Assembly (NCBI GenBank): GCA_963644945.1
Contig: CAVIQK010000001.1
Location: forward strand, 3,402-67,401
Length of the DNA stretch: 64,000 nucleotides
Reading direction: 5' to 3'
Source of the DNA: a bacterium
GTDB lineage: Bacteria; Bacillota; Clostridia; Christensenellales; DTU072
In this document: piece after piece, positions 29,398 through 37,774 of the stretch
How the letters are laid out: every line of letters starts with the position of its first letter
Position numbering within the stretch: the first letter of the stretch is position 1
Notes under the pieces: generated by a model
The model's database searches: none
Told to the model about the DNA's origin: nothing
What the model saw: only the letters and a program-made list of their open reading frames with translations
Program-made: the position numbers and the translations under genes

Positions 29398-29640
29398 ATG
29401 GTAAAATTGACGGTTTGTATAGGAAGTTCTTGCCACATAAAAGGTTCAAGACAAGTGGTAGAACAATTACAAAATTTAGTGGCAGAAAAAGGTTTGAAGG
29501 ACAAAGTCGAACTTACCGGTACGTTTTGCATGGGCACTTGTCAACAAGGCGTGTGCGTAACAGTTGATGACCAATTGTTTTCGGTAAGCCCCGAAACGAC
29601 CAAAGAGTTTTTTGAAACCAACGTAATGTCCAGAATATAA
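29398..29640 (+). CDS. Thioredoxin-like [2Fe-2S] ferredoxin (NuoE/HydC-type mini-domain), copy 1
   Basis: 80 aa. Cys pattern VCIGSSCH...FCMGTC (C-x4-C...C-x3-C). Confidence 0.65.
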   Translation: MVKLTVCIGSSCHIKGSRQVVEQLQNLVAEKGLKDKVELTGTFCMGTCQQGVCVTVDDQLFSVSPETTKEFFETNVMSRI

Positions 29641-29642
29641 CA

Positions 29643-29900
29643 ATGGTTGTCATTAAAGTTTGCGTGGGGAGTTCTTGTCACATAAAAGGCGCCCCCGGAG
29701 TAGTAGATCTTCTTGAAAAATACATTGACGACAACGGCATAAGAGACGAAGTCGAATTGACCGGAAGTTTTTGTGCGGGAAAATGCAACAGAAACGGTGT
29801 CACTATCACTGTTGACGACGATGTATATACAGGAATAACCAAGGAATCTTTTGGAGAATTCTTCAAAGAAAATATATTGAAAAGAGTAAAAGAATCATGA
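29643..29900 (+). CDS. Thioredoxin-like [2Fe-2S] ferredoxin, copy 2 (tandem paralog)
   Basis: 85 aa. VCVGSSCH...FCAGKC. Clear paralogy to copy 1 (VC.GSSCHIKG, VELTG.FC, the T(V/I)DD stretch). Confidence 0.65.
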   Translation: MVVIKVCVGSSCHIKGAPGVVDLLEKYIDDNGIRDEVELTGSFCAGKCNRNGVTITVDDDVYTGITKESFGEFFKENILKRVKES

Positions 29901-30841
29901 GAAAAATTACAATTATAGGCAGTGGAAAAGTCGGAGCGACAATAGCATATTCTCTAATTTGCAGAGAGATCGCCACCGATATAGTAATAATAGACGTCAA
30001 CGGCGAAAAAGCCCTTGGCGAAGCACTAGACATCAGACAAGGTCTTTCGTATGACGAGCCTTGTTCGGTCTATGCCGGAGGCTATCCCGAGGCGGTCGAT
30101 TCGGACATCGTCATCATAACATCGGGTATTGCCAGAAAACCCGACCAATCAAGACTTGACCTTATCAACACCAACATAAACATACAAAAGTCAATAATTC
30201 CCGAAATCACCAAATACGCTCCCAATGCGATTTATATTATGGTTTCCAACCCCGTTGACGTGTTGACATATACTTTTTGCAAATTGTCCGGTATCCCCGA
30301 AAATCACATCATCGGTTCCGGCACGATTATAGACACAGCAAGACTTAGAGCAAGACTCCAAGAATATACGGGACTTGACGCACGCAATATCAATGCTTAC
30401 GTTTTCGGCGAACACGGAGATTCTTCCTTTGTTCCTTGGTCCATTTCGGACATAACGGATATTCCCGTTACGGACTATTGCAACTCCGACGTGTTCAAAG
30501 ACTGCATACCTACCAAGATAAATATTCCCGAAATCGAAAAGTATATGAAGACATCCGGTTCGAGAGTAATTTCCAGAAAAGGCGCAACCTACTATGCAAT
30601 CGCATCGACCGTAAGTTATATTTGTAAAGCCATCCTCGGCAACACCAACACCGTCATGTCCGTATCGACAATGATGCATGGCGAATACGGTGTATCGGAT
30701 GTTTGCTTGTCCACACTAAATGTCATCGGCAAAAACGGTGTTCACGCCAAAGTCAACCCCGTACTTACCGACGAAGAAGTAGAAAAACTCCGCCACAGTG
30801 CCGACGTGTTGAAAAGCACGATCAAGGACCTTGGCATATAA
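29897..30841 (+). CDS. LDH-family NAD-dependent 2-hydroxyacid dehydrogenase; specificity residue predicts malate dehydrogenase
   Basis: 314 aa. IIGSGKVGAT, GTIIDTARLR and GEHGDS are LDH-like. The substrate loop reads SGIARKPDQSRLDL, with Arg where LDH has Gln102. Confidence 0.75.
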   Translation: MRKITIIGSGKVGATIAYSLICREIATDIVIIDVNGEKALGEALDIRQGLSYDEPCSVYAGGYPEAVDSDIVIITSGIARKPDQSRLDLINTNINIQKSIIPEITKYAPNAIYIMVSNPVDVLTYTFCKLSGIPENHIIGSGTIIDTARLRARLQEYTGLDARNINAYVFGEHGDSSFVPWSISDITDIPVTDYCNSDVFKDCIPTKINIPEIEKYMKTSGSRVISRKGATYYAIASTVSYICKAILGNTNTVMSVSTMMHGEYGVSDVCLSTLNVIGKNGVHAKVNPVLTDEEVEKLRHSADVLKSTIKDLGI

Positions 30842-30850
30842 AGGTTAGTT

Positions 30851-32524
30851 ATGGAATGTTTAACGCTTAAAAAATCCAACTGCAAAAACTGCTACAAATG
30901 TATCCGCCATTGTCCGGTAAAAAGCATACGTTTTTCCGGCAACCAAGCGCATATAATTGAGGACGAGTGTATTCTTTGCGGACAATGTTATGTCGTTTGC
31001 CCTCAAAACGCAAAAGAAATAACCAGTGAAGTAGAAAGAATAAAAGTTTTGATAGAAAATACCCCCACGGTTGTAGCCAGTCTTGCCCCCTCTTTTATCG
31101 CTCATTATAGAGGGAAAAGCCTTCTTGCAGTCAAAGAAGCGTTAAAAAAACTAGGGTTTGCAGATGCCGAAGAAACGGCAATCGGTGCAACTGCCGTCAA
31201 AAAAGAGTATGAGAGAATACTAAGAGAAGAAGACAGAGATATTTTGATCTCGTCTTGTTGCCACTCTGTCAACCTACTTATACAAAAATATTATCCGTCG
31301 GTTTTGCCTTGCCTTGCCGACGTTTTGTCCCCCATGCAAGCCCATGCGGAAGACATCAAAAGAAGAAATCCCGAAGCAAAAGTCGTCTTTATAGGACCAT
31401 GTATTGCCAAAAAAGACGAGGCGTCGCATTATGAAAACATCGTGGATGCGGTTTTGACTTTCGAGCAACTAGACGATTGGTTTAGAGATTACGGAATAAC
31501 TCTAGAAGATATTGCGGAAGACGGCGAAGAAGGTCGAGCAAGACTCTTCCCGACGACGGGCGGAATTATAGATACAATGACCGAAAAAATCGACGGTTAT
31601 GACTATATTGCAATCGACGGAGTAGAAAATTGCAAGTCGGTTTTGGAAGAAATCAAAAAAGGCAAAATACACAAGTGTTTTATCGAAATGTCTGCTTGTG
31701 TCGGTTCTTGCGTAGGCGGTCCCATAATGGAAAAGAAAGATCCGTCCCTCGTAGAAGACATAATCGCAGTTAGAAAATATGCCAAAAACAAAGATTTTTC
31801 GATAAGAGAAGTTAGCCCTATCGAAATAAAGAAGTTCTTTGTCCCAATAGAGAAAAAAACTCCGGAGCCATCCGAATACGAGATAGCAAGAGTTATGAGA
31901 GAGATGGGCAAAATCCGTCCCGAAGACGAATTGAATTGCGGATCGTGTGGCTACAATACATGTAGAGAAAAAGCAATAGCCATTCTAGAAGGCAAAGCCG
32001 AAATCTCAATGTGCCTTCCGTATCTAAAAGACAAAGCCGAAAGTTTTTCCGACTGCATCGTCAACAACACCCCCAACGGTCTTTTGGTTGTCAACGAAAA
32101 TCTCGAAGTACAACAAATCAACCGTTCTGCAATGAAGATTCTCAATATTCGTTCTGCATCCGACGTCATGGGTTGTCCCGTTGTGAGAGTCATCGATCCT
32201 CTTCCCTTTATGAATGTTTTGCGTACAAAACGTAGCATCAAAAACAAGAGAGTATATTTGGCAGAATATAAAAAATATGTTGACCAAACCATCGTGTACG
32301 ACCAAACCAACCAACTGCTAATAAGCATTATTTGTGACGTAACCGAAGAACAAAGCGAAAGAGAGAAAAAAGAAAGTATCAGCCGTCAAACGGTAGAGAT
32401 AGCCGACAAAGTCGTTGACAAACAAATGCGCATTGTCCAAGAAATAGCATCGCTTTTAGGCGAAACTGCGGCGGAAACCAAAATCGCCCTAACCAAACTC
32501 AAGGAGTCTATAGACAATGAATGA
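30851..32524 (+). CDS. Putative sensory [FeFe]-hydrogenase (HydS-like, group C): ferredoxin domain, H-domain, Cys4 FeS domain and PAS
   Basis: 557 aa. CKNCYKCIRHCP and CILCGQCYVVCP. H-cluster motif variants ISSCCHSV, IGPCIAKKDE, IEMSACVGSCVGGP. CGSCGYNTC...C. C-terminal PAS-like segment. Confidence 0.75.
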   Translation: MECLTLKKSNCKNCYKCIRHCPVKSIRFSGNQAHIIEDECILCGQCYVVCPQNAKEITSEVERIKVLIENTPTVVASLAPSFIAHYRGKSLLAVKEALKKLGFADAEETAIGATAVKKEYERILREEDRDILISSCCHSVNLLIQKYYPSVLPCLADVLSPMQAHAEDIKRRNPEAKVVFIGPCIAKKDEASHYENIVDAVLTFEQLDDWFRDYGITLEDIAEDGEEGRARLFPTTGGIIDTMTEKIDGYDYIAIDGVENCKSVLEEIKKGKIHKCFIEMSACVGSCVGGPIMEKKDPSLVEDIIAVRKYAKNKDFSIREVSPIEIKKFFVPIEKKTPEPSEYEIARVMREMGKIRPEDELNCGSCGYNTCREKAIAILEGKAEISMCLPYLKDKAESFSDCIVNNTPNGLLVVNENLEVQQINRSAMKILNIRSASDVMGCPVVRVIDPLPFMNVLRTKRSIKNKRVYLAEYKKYVDQTIVYDQTNQLLISIICDVTEEQSEREKKESISRQTVEIADKVVDKQMRIVQEIASLLGETAAETKIALTKLKESIDNE

Positions 32525-33689
32525 CCTTTGTGTCGAGATAGGCTACAAGAGTATAAATCACGACGGAGAACAACTCTGCGGAGATCACGTTGACGTCATC
32601 GAGCAAAACGACGATTCTACTATCGTAGTTTTGGCGGACGGACTGGGATCGGGAGTCAAGGCAAGCATATTGTCAACACTCACGTCCAAGATTATTTCCA
32701 CAATGTTGTCGGAAGGCTTGTCCCTAGAAGACTGTGTCGAAACAATAGCCGCCACCTTACCTATTTGTTCGGTAAGAGGCGTAGCATATTCGACCTTCAC
32801 TATCATAAACATTGTCAATTGCGATACGGCAGAAATAATGCAATACGACAATCCGCAAGTTATAATAATAAGGAACGGCATCAATTACGAATATCCTCGC
32901 ACCGAGATGAATATCGGTGGCAAGAAAATATATAAGTCTGTGGTCAAACTCGAAGAAGGCGATTTGTTTATTGCCATGAGTGACGGTTGTACACATGCGG
33001 GACTTGGAATAAAATACAATTTCGGTTGGAAAAGAGAAGACATTATAGCGTTTATGTCCTCTATTGCGCATGTAGGATACAATGCCAAGACATATTCGAC
33101 AATACTTGTTGACGAGTGCAACAGACTATATGGCGAAAAACCCGGTGACGATGCGACGGCTTGCGTTATCAAGGTTAGGGAAAAAGTCCCCATGAATATT
33201 TTATTCGGACCTCCCTCCAATCGTGACGACGTCAACAGAATGATGGCACTCTTTTTCGGGAAAGAAGGCAAACACATCGTATGCGGAGGCACAACGTCCT
33301 CGCTTGCATCAAAATATTTGGGAAAACCGCTAAAAACCAGTCTAAAATATTACGGTGGAGACGTTCCTCCTACCGCAGAACTCGAAGGAGTAGATTTGGT
33401 AACAGAAGGAGTTATAACGGTCAACAAGGTTTTGGAATATGCAAAAGATGCCCTTGCCGACAACAAATTGTACGAAAAATGGGGATTCGGCAGAGACGGT
33501 GCTTGTATGATTTCCAGACTGTTGTTCGAAGAAGCCACCGACATCAACTTCTTCGTAGGGAGGGCAATAAACCCCGCTCACCAAAACCCCAATCTTCCCA
33601 TCAACTTCAACATTAAGATGAATCTTGTGGAAGAATTGTCCAAATGCCTAAGACAAATGGGCAAAAGAATAAAAGTAATTTATTTTTAA
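32517..33689 (+). CDS. SpoIIE/PP2C-family protein phosphatase with C-terminal domain of unknown function
   Basis: 390 aa. CGDHVDV...VLADGLGSGVKASILS...AMSDG. 8-nt overlap with the HydS-like gene. Confidence 0.7.
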   Translation: MNDLCVEIGYKSINHDGEQLCGDHVDVIEQNDDSTIVVLADGLGSGVKASILSTLTSKIISTMLSEGLSLEDCVETIAATLPICSVRGVAYSTFTIINIVNCDTAEIMQYDNPQVIIIRNGINYEYPRTEMNIGGKKIYKSVVKLEEGDLFIAMSDGCTHAGLGIKYNFGWKREDIIAFMSSIAHVGYNAKTYSTILVDECNRLYGEKPGDDATACVIKVREKVPMNILFGPPSNRDDVNRMMALFFGKEGKHIVCGGTTSSLASKYLGKPLKTSLKYYGGDVPPTAELEGVDLVTEGVITVNKVLEYAKDALADNKLYEKWGFGRDGACMISRLLFEEATDINFFVGRAINPAHQNPNLPINFNIKMNLVEELSKCLRQMGKRIKVIYF

Positions 33690-33712
33690 TAAAAATAAAA
33701 AGAGGCTAGTGT

Positions 33713-35140
33713 ATGAGAAAATTCGACACCAAAGTTCAAGACCTTAAATACAGAGTATTGAGAGAAGTTTGTAGAGAAGCATGGGCCGGAAGACTTCAAG
33801 AAACCGCCATCGACATCCCGAAAATCATTGTCCCGGGCAAAGTCCCGACAATGAGATGTTGTGTGTATAAAGAAAGAGCAATTCTTACCGAACGTGTCAA
33901 GATTGCTATGGGCGGAAGAAGAGAAAACCCCAACGTGATCGAAGTCATCGATATCGCATGTGACGAATGCCCCGTCGGCGGATACGAAGTGACTGCCGGT
34001 TGTAGAGGCTGTCTTGCGCACCATTGCGAAGATGCGTGTAAATTCGGTGCGATAGAGTTTGACCACAACCACGTTGCTCATATAGACAAAACCAAATGTA
34101 AAGAATGCGGAGCATGTTCGAGAGTTTGTCCGTACAGTGCAATTCGCAATTATAAACGCCCTTGTGTCACCGCATGCAAGGTAAAAGCCATATCGATAGG
34201 CGACGAGCAACAAGCCGTCATTGACAACGAAAAATGTATTGCTTGCGGAGCCTGTGTCTATCAATGTCCGTTTGGCGCAATAGCCGACAAATCTTATGTT
34301 CTCAATGCAATAGACCTTATCAAAAAGAGCAAAGGAAACACCAAATTCAAGGTGTTTGCCGTAGTCGCTCCTTCGATTTCAAGTCAGTTTACTTATGCAA
34401 AACTCGGTCAAGTAATAAGAGGTCTTAAAGAACTCGGATTTTATACCGTAATAGAAGCGGCGCTAGGGGCCGACATGGTCGCTCAAAAGGAGTCGGAAGA
34501 ACTTGCCGAAAAAGGTTTCTTGACCAGTTCTTGCTGTCCCGCATTTGTCAATTATATCGAGAAAAACTATCCCGATTTGTTGCCTTACGTGTCTAGCAAT
34601 ATGTCCCCTATGGCGACAATCGCAAAATATATAAAAGAAAACGAAGCACCCGCAAAAGTCGTCTTTATAGGACCGTGTACCGCCAAGAAAATGGAAATCA
34701 AAAAAGATTCCGTCCGTCAGTATGTGGATGTAGCCCTTACGTTTGAGGAGTTGCAAGCCCTATTTGACAGCAAGGATATAGACATAACCACGCTTGGCGA
34801 AGACGTTCTTGACAATGCATCGTATTTTGGCAGAATATTCGCCCGCTCCGGCGGACTTTCGGATGCCGTAGCCGAAGGACTAAAAGAACAAAATCTAGAT
34901 TTTGAATTAAAACCCTTCGCTTGTGACGGCATAGAGGCATGCAAACTTGCCCTCATGCAAAAGTCCAAAGGAAGACTGGATGCCAACTTTATAGAAGGCA
35001 TGGCGTGTGTAGGCGGATGTATCGGCGGAGCCGGTTGCCTTACTCATGGCGAAAAGAACAAAGCCGAAGTGGACAAATACGGAAAATTGGCTTATGAAAA
35101 AACCATTTTGGACGCTGTTTCTGTATTGAAAACAAAATAA
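33713..35140 (+). CDS. [FeFe]-hydrogenase catalytic subunit (group B-like)
   Basis: 475 aa. Several CxxCxxCxxxC ferredoxin motifs. H-cluster motifs TSSCCPAF, IGPCTAKKME, IEGMACVGGCIGGAGC. Confidence 0.8.
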   Translation: MRKFDTKVQDLKYRVLREVCREAWAGRLQETAIDIPKIIVPGKVPTMRCCVYKERAILTERVKIAMGGRRENPNVIEVIDIACDECPVGGYEVTAGCRGCLAHHCEDACKFGAIEFDHNHVAHIDKTKCKECGACSRVCPYSAIRNYKRPCVTACKVKAISIGDEQQAVIDNEKCIACGACVYQCPFGAIADKSYVLNAIDLIKKSKGNTKFKVFAVVAPSISSQFTYAKLGQVIRGLKELGFYTVIEAALGADMVAQKESEELAEKGFLTSSCCPAFVNYIEKNYPDLLPYVSSNMSPMATIAKYIKENEAPAKVVFIGPCTAKKMEIKKDSVRQYVDVALTFEELQALFDSKDIDITTLGEDVLDNASYFGRIFARSGGLSDAVAEGLKEQNLDFELKPFACDGIEACKLALMQKSKGRLDANFIEGMACVGGCIGGAGCLTHGEKNKAEVDKYGKLAYEKTILDAVSVLKTK

Positions 35141-35154
35141 AAGTATTATATAAT
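35126..35154 (+). promoter_or_regulatory. Candidate internal promoter ahead of fumC
   Basis: TTGAAA (35126-35131), 17-nt spacer, TATAAT (35149-35154). It straddles the hydrogenase stop codon. Confidence 0.4.
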
Positions 35155-35188
35155 ATAATTTGGAACGAAAAATATTGGAGGTTTCGTA

Positions 35189-36568
35189 ATGGAATATCGT
35201 ATTGAAAAAGACACAATGGGCGAAGTTAGAGTCCCCGCAGACAAATATTGGGCAGCACAGACCGAAAGAAGTTTTGAAAACTTCAAAATCGGTATCGAAA
35301 AAATGCCTAGAGAAATCACTCACGCATTCGGCATTTTGAAAAAAGCCGCCGCTATTGCCAACTACAATCTCGGAAAACTCCCGAAAGAAAAAATGGATGC
35401 AATAGTTGCCGCTTGTGACGAAGTCATTTCCGGAAAACTCAACGATCATTTTCCTTTGGTCGTATGGCAAACAGGTAGCGGTACACAATCCAACATGAAT
35501 GCCAACGAAGTTATTGCCAATAGAGGCAACGAGATTGCCGGAGCAAAACTTCTCCACCCCAACGACGATATCAACAAGAGCCAAAGCTCCAACGATACAT
35601 TCCCTACGGCAATGCATATAGCCGCCGTTATCGCAATAGAAGATCATCTATTCCCTTCGATAGATAAACTTGTCGAAACGTTCAAAAGACTCGAACAAGA
35701 AAACGAAGGCATCGTCAAGAGTGGCAGAACCCACCTACAAGATGCTGTTCCGATTGCATTTTCACAAGAAATAAGCGGTTGGAGAGCAATGCTCGAAAAG
35801 ACCAAAGAACAATTAAAACTTTCTTTGTCGGGACTTAAAGAACTTGCCCTTGGCGGTACTGCTGTAGGAACAGGACTCAATGCTCCTATGGGATTTGACG
35901 AAGAAGTCGCCAAACAAGTAAGCGAAATTACAGGCAAAGATTTTGTCACTTCCGACAACAAATATCATGCACTTACCTCAAAAGATGCTCTCGTGTTCGC
36001 ACACGGTGCAATGAAAGCCCTTGCTTGCAACCTTATGAAAATAGCCAACGACGTAAGATGGCTTGCATCCGGTCCTCGTGACGGTCTCGGAGAAATCTTT
36101 ATTCCCGAAAACGAACCCGGTTCTTCCATCATGCCCGGCAAGGTCAACCCGACTCAATGCGAATCAATGACAATGGTAGCCGTTCAAGTTATGGCCAACG
36201 ACGTAGCCGTTTCTTTGGGCGCATCACAAGGCAATTTCGAACTCAACGTGTTTATGCCGGTAATCATCTACAATTTCTTGCAATCGGCAAAACTTCTCGC
36301 CGAAGGCATCGTGTCCTTCAACGATCACTGTGCGGTAGGCATCAAAGCCAACAAAGAAAAGATGGCACACAACCTCCACAATTCGTTGATGTTGGTCACC
36401 GCTCTCAATCCTTACATCGGATACGAAAATGCGGCAAAGACAGCCAAAAAAGCACATAAAGAAAATATTTCTCTAAAAGAAGCCTGTGTATCTCTCGGAT
36501 TCCTGACTGCCGAGAAGTTCGACGAAGTATTCAAACCCGAAGAGATGGCATATCCTAAAAAGAAGTAA
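35189..36568 (+). CDS. fumC: Class II fumarate hydratase
   Basis: 459 aa. [25 protein letters not shown] and the signature [11 protein letters not shown]. Confidence 0.9.
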   Translation: MEYRIEKDTMGEVRVPADKYWAAQTERSFENFKIGIEKMPREITHAFGILKKAAAIANYNLGKLPKEKMDAIVAACDEVISGKLNDHFPLVVWQTGSGTQSNMNANEVIANRGNEIAGAKLLHPNDDINKSQSSNDTFPTAMHIAAVIAIEDHLFPSIDKLVETFKRLEQENEGIVKSGRTHLQDAVPIAFSQEISGWRAMLEKTKEQLKLSLSGLKELALGGTAVGTGLNAPMGFDEEVAKQVSEITGKDFVTSDNKYHALTSKDALVFAHGAMKALACNLMKIANDVRWLASGPRDGLGEIFIPENEPGSSIMPGKVNPTQCESMTMVAVQVMANDVAVSLGASQGNFELNVFMPVIIYNFLQSAKLLAEGIVSFNDHCAVGIKANKEKMAHNLHNSLMLVTALNPYIGYENAAKTAKKAHKENISLKEACVSLGFLTAEKFDEVFKPEEMAYPKKK

Positions 36569-36594
36569 TTTTTGTTTAAGTAAAGGAAAAGAAT

Positions 36595-37374
36595 ATGAAA
36601 ATTTGTTATTATCCGGGCTGTACCCTAAAAACCAAGGCAAAAGATCTCGACAAATGGGCGAGACTTTCTGCTCAAAAGTTAGGGGTAGAGATGGAAGAAA
36701 TTGAAAATTGGCAATGTTGCGGTGCCGTATATCCTACGGCACGTGACGAAATAGCCACGAAACTTTCCGCAATTAGAGCCCTTGACTATGCAAAACACAA
36801 CGGAGGCAAACTTTTGACACTCTGTTCTGCTTGTCACAACGTGATCAAACGTGTCAACGACGACATGCAAAACGATGACAACATCAAGATGAAAGCCAAC
36901 AATTATTTGGGACTCGAAGAAGCCTACCTTGGCGAAACCCAAGTAATTCACTATCTCGAAATGCTAAGAGACGTAGTAGGATTTGACAATCTAAAAAAGG
37001 CAGTAGTTAAGCCCATCGACAGAAAAATCGGTGCATTTTACGGTTGTTTATTGCTTCGTCCCGGCAAAGTCATGGCTTTTGACAATCCCGAAAATCCCCA
37101 AATTATGGAAGATTTTATCACCGCCATCGGTGGCACTCCCGTAAAATATGCTATGCGCAACGAGTGTTGCGGTGCTTACGTTGCATTGAGAACACAATCT
37201 CTTGCCGAAAAACGTAGCAACATAATTTTGGAAGATGCCAAAGCACACGGAGCAGAAGAAGTCGTTACGGCATGTCCTCTCTGCTTATACAATCTCAAAA
37301 ACAACGGGAACGTAGATATCAAAGTAAGTTACTTTACCGAACTTCTCGCAGAAGCGTTGGGGGTGAAAGAATAA
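36595..37374 (+). CDS. hdrB: Heterodisulfide reductase subunit B-like protein (two CCG domains)
   Basis: 259 aa. YYPGC...WQCCGA...LCSACHN and FYGC...NECCGA...ACPLCLYN. Confidence 0.8.
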   Translation: MKICYYPGCTLKTKAKDLDKWARLSAQKLGVEMEEIENWQCCGAVYPTARDEIATKLSAIRALDYAKHNGGKLLTLCSACHNVIKRVNDDMQNDDNIKMKANNYLGLEEAYLGETQVIHYLEMLRDVVGFDNLKKAVVKPIDRKIGAFYGCLLLRPGKVMAFDNPENPQIMEDFITAIGGTPVKYAMRNECCGAYVALRTQSLAEKRSNIILEDAKAHGAEEVVTACPLCLYNLKNNGNVDIKVSYFTELLAEALGVKE

Positions 37375-37760
37375 TGAGTAATCAAGAATATTTAGAAAAC
37401 ATTGTTCTTATAGCCGGCACAGACGTCAAAAAGTGCATGAAATGTGGCAAATGTTCCGGAAGATGCCCCGCATTTTCCGAAATGGACATAAAACCCCATC
37501 AATTCGTTTCGTATCTTGCCGAAAAGAAAATAGACAAATTGCTAAACAGCAAAGCAATTTGGAACTGCTTGTCTTGTATGGCTTGCGTGGAGAGATGCCC
37601 TAGAGGTGTCGCACCGCAAAGCGTAATCGAAGCAGTTAGAGATACAGTTGCCAGAATGCAAAACGGAAATGGACTAAAAGCCGAAGAAATTCCGTCAAAA
37701 GTGGACGAATTTATTCCGCAACAGCTCATCGTAAGCGCATTTAGAAAATATAACAAGTAA
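37374..37760 (+). CDS. hdrC: Heterodisulfide reductase subunit C-like (2x[4Fe-4S])
   Basis: ORF trimmed to MSNQEY, with TAATG overlap onto hdrB. CMKCGKCSGRCP and CLSCMACVERCP. 128 aa. Confidence 0.75.
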   Translation: MSNQEYLENIVLIAGTDVKKCMKCGKCSGRCPAFSEMDIKPHQFVSYLAEKKIDKLLNSKAIWNCLSCMACVERCPRGVAPQSVIEAVRDTVARMQNGNGLKAEEIPSKVDEFIPQQLIVSAFRKYNK

Positions 37761-37774
37761 AGAGAGAAAATAAT

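Noticed and set aside
34907-35647. 246-aa minus-strand ORF spanning the hydrogenase/fumC junction
   Set aside because: It is antisense to two strongly supported genes, including the fumC N-terminus. Shadow frame.
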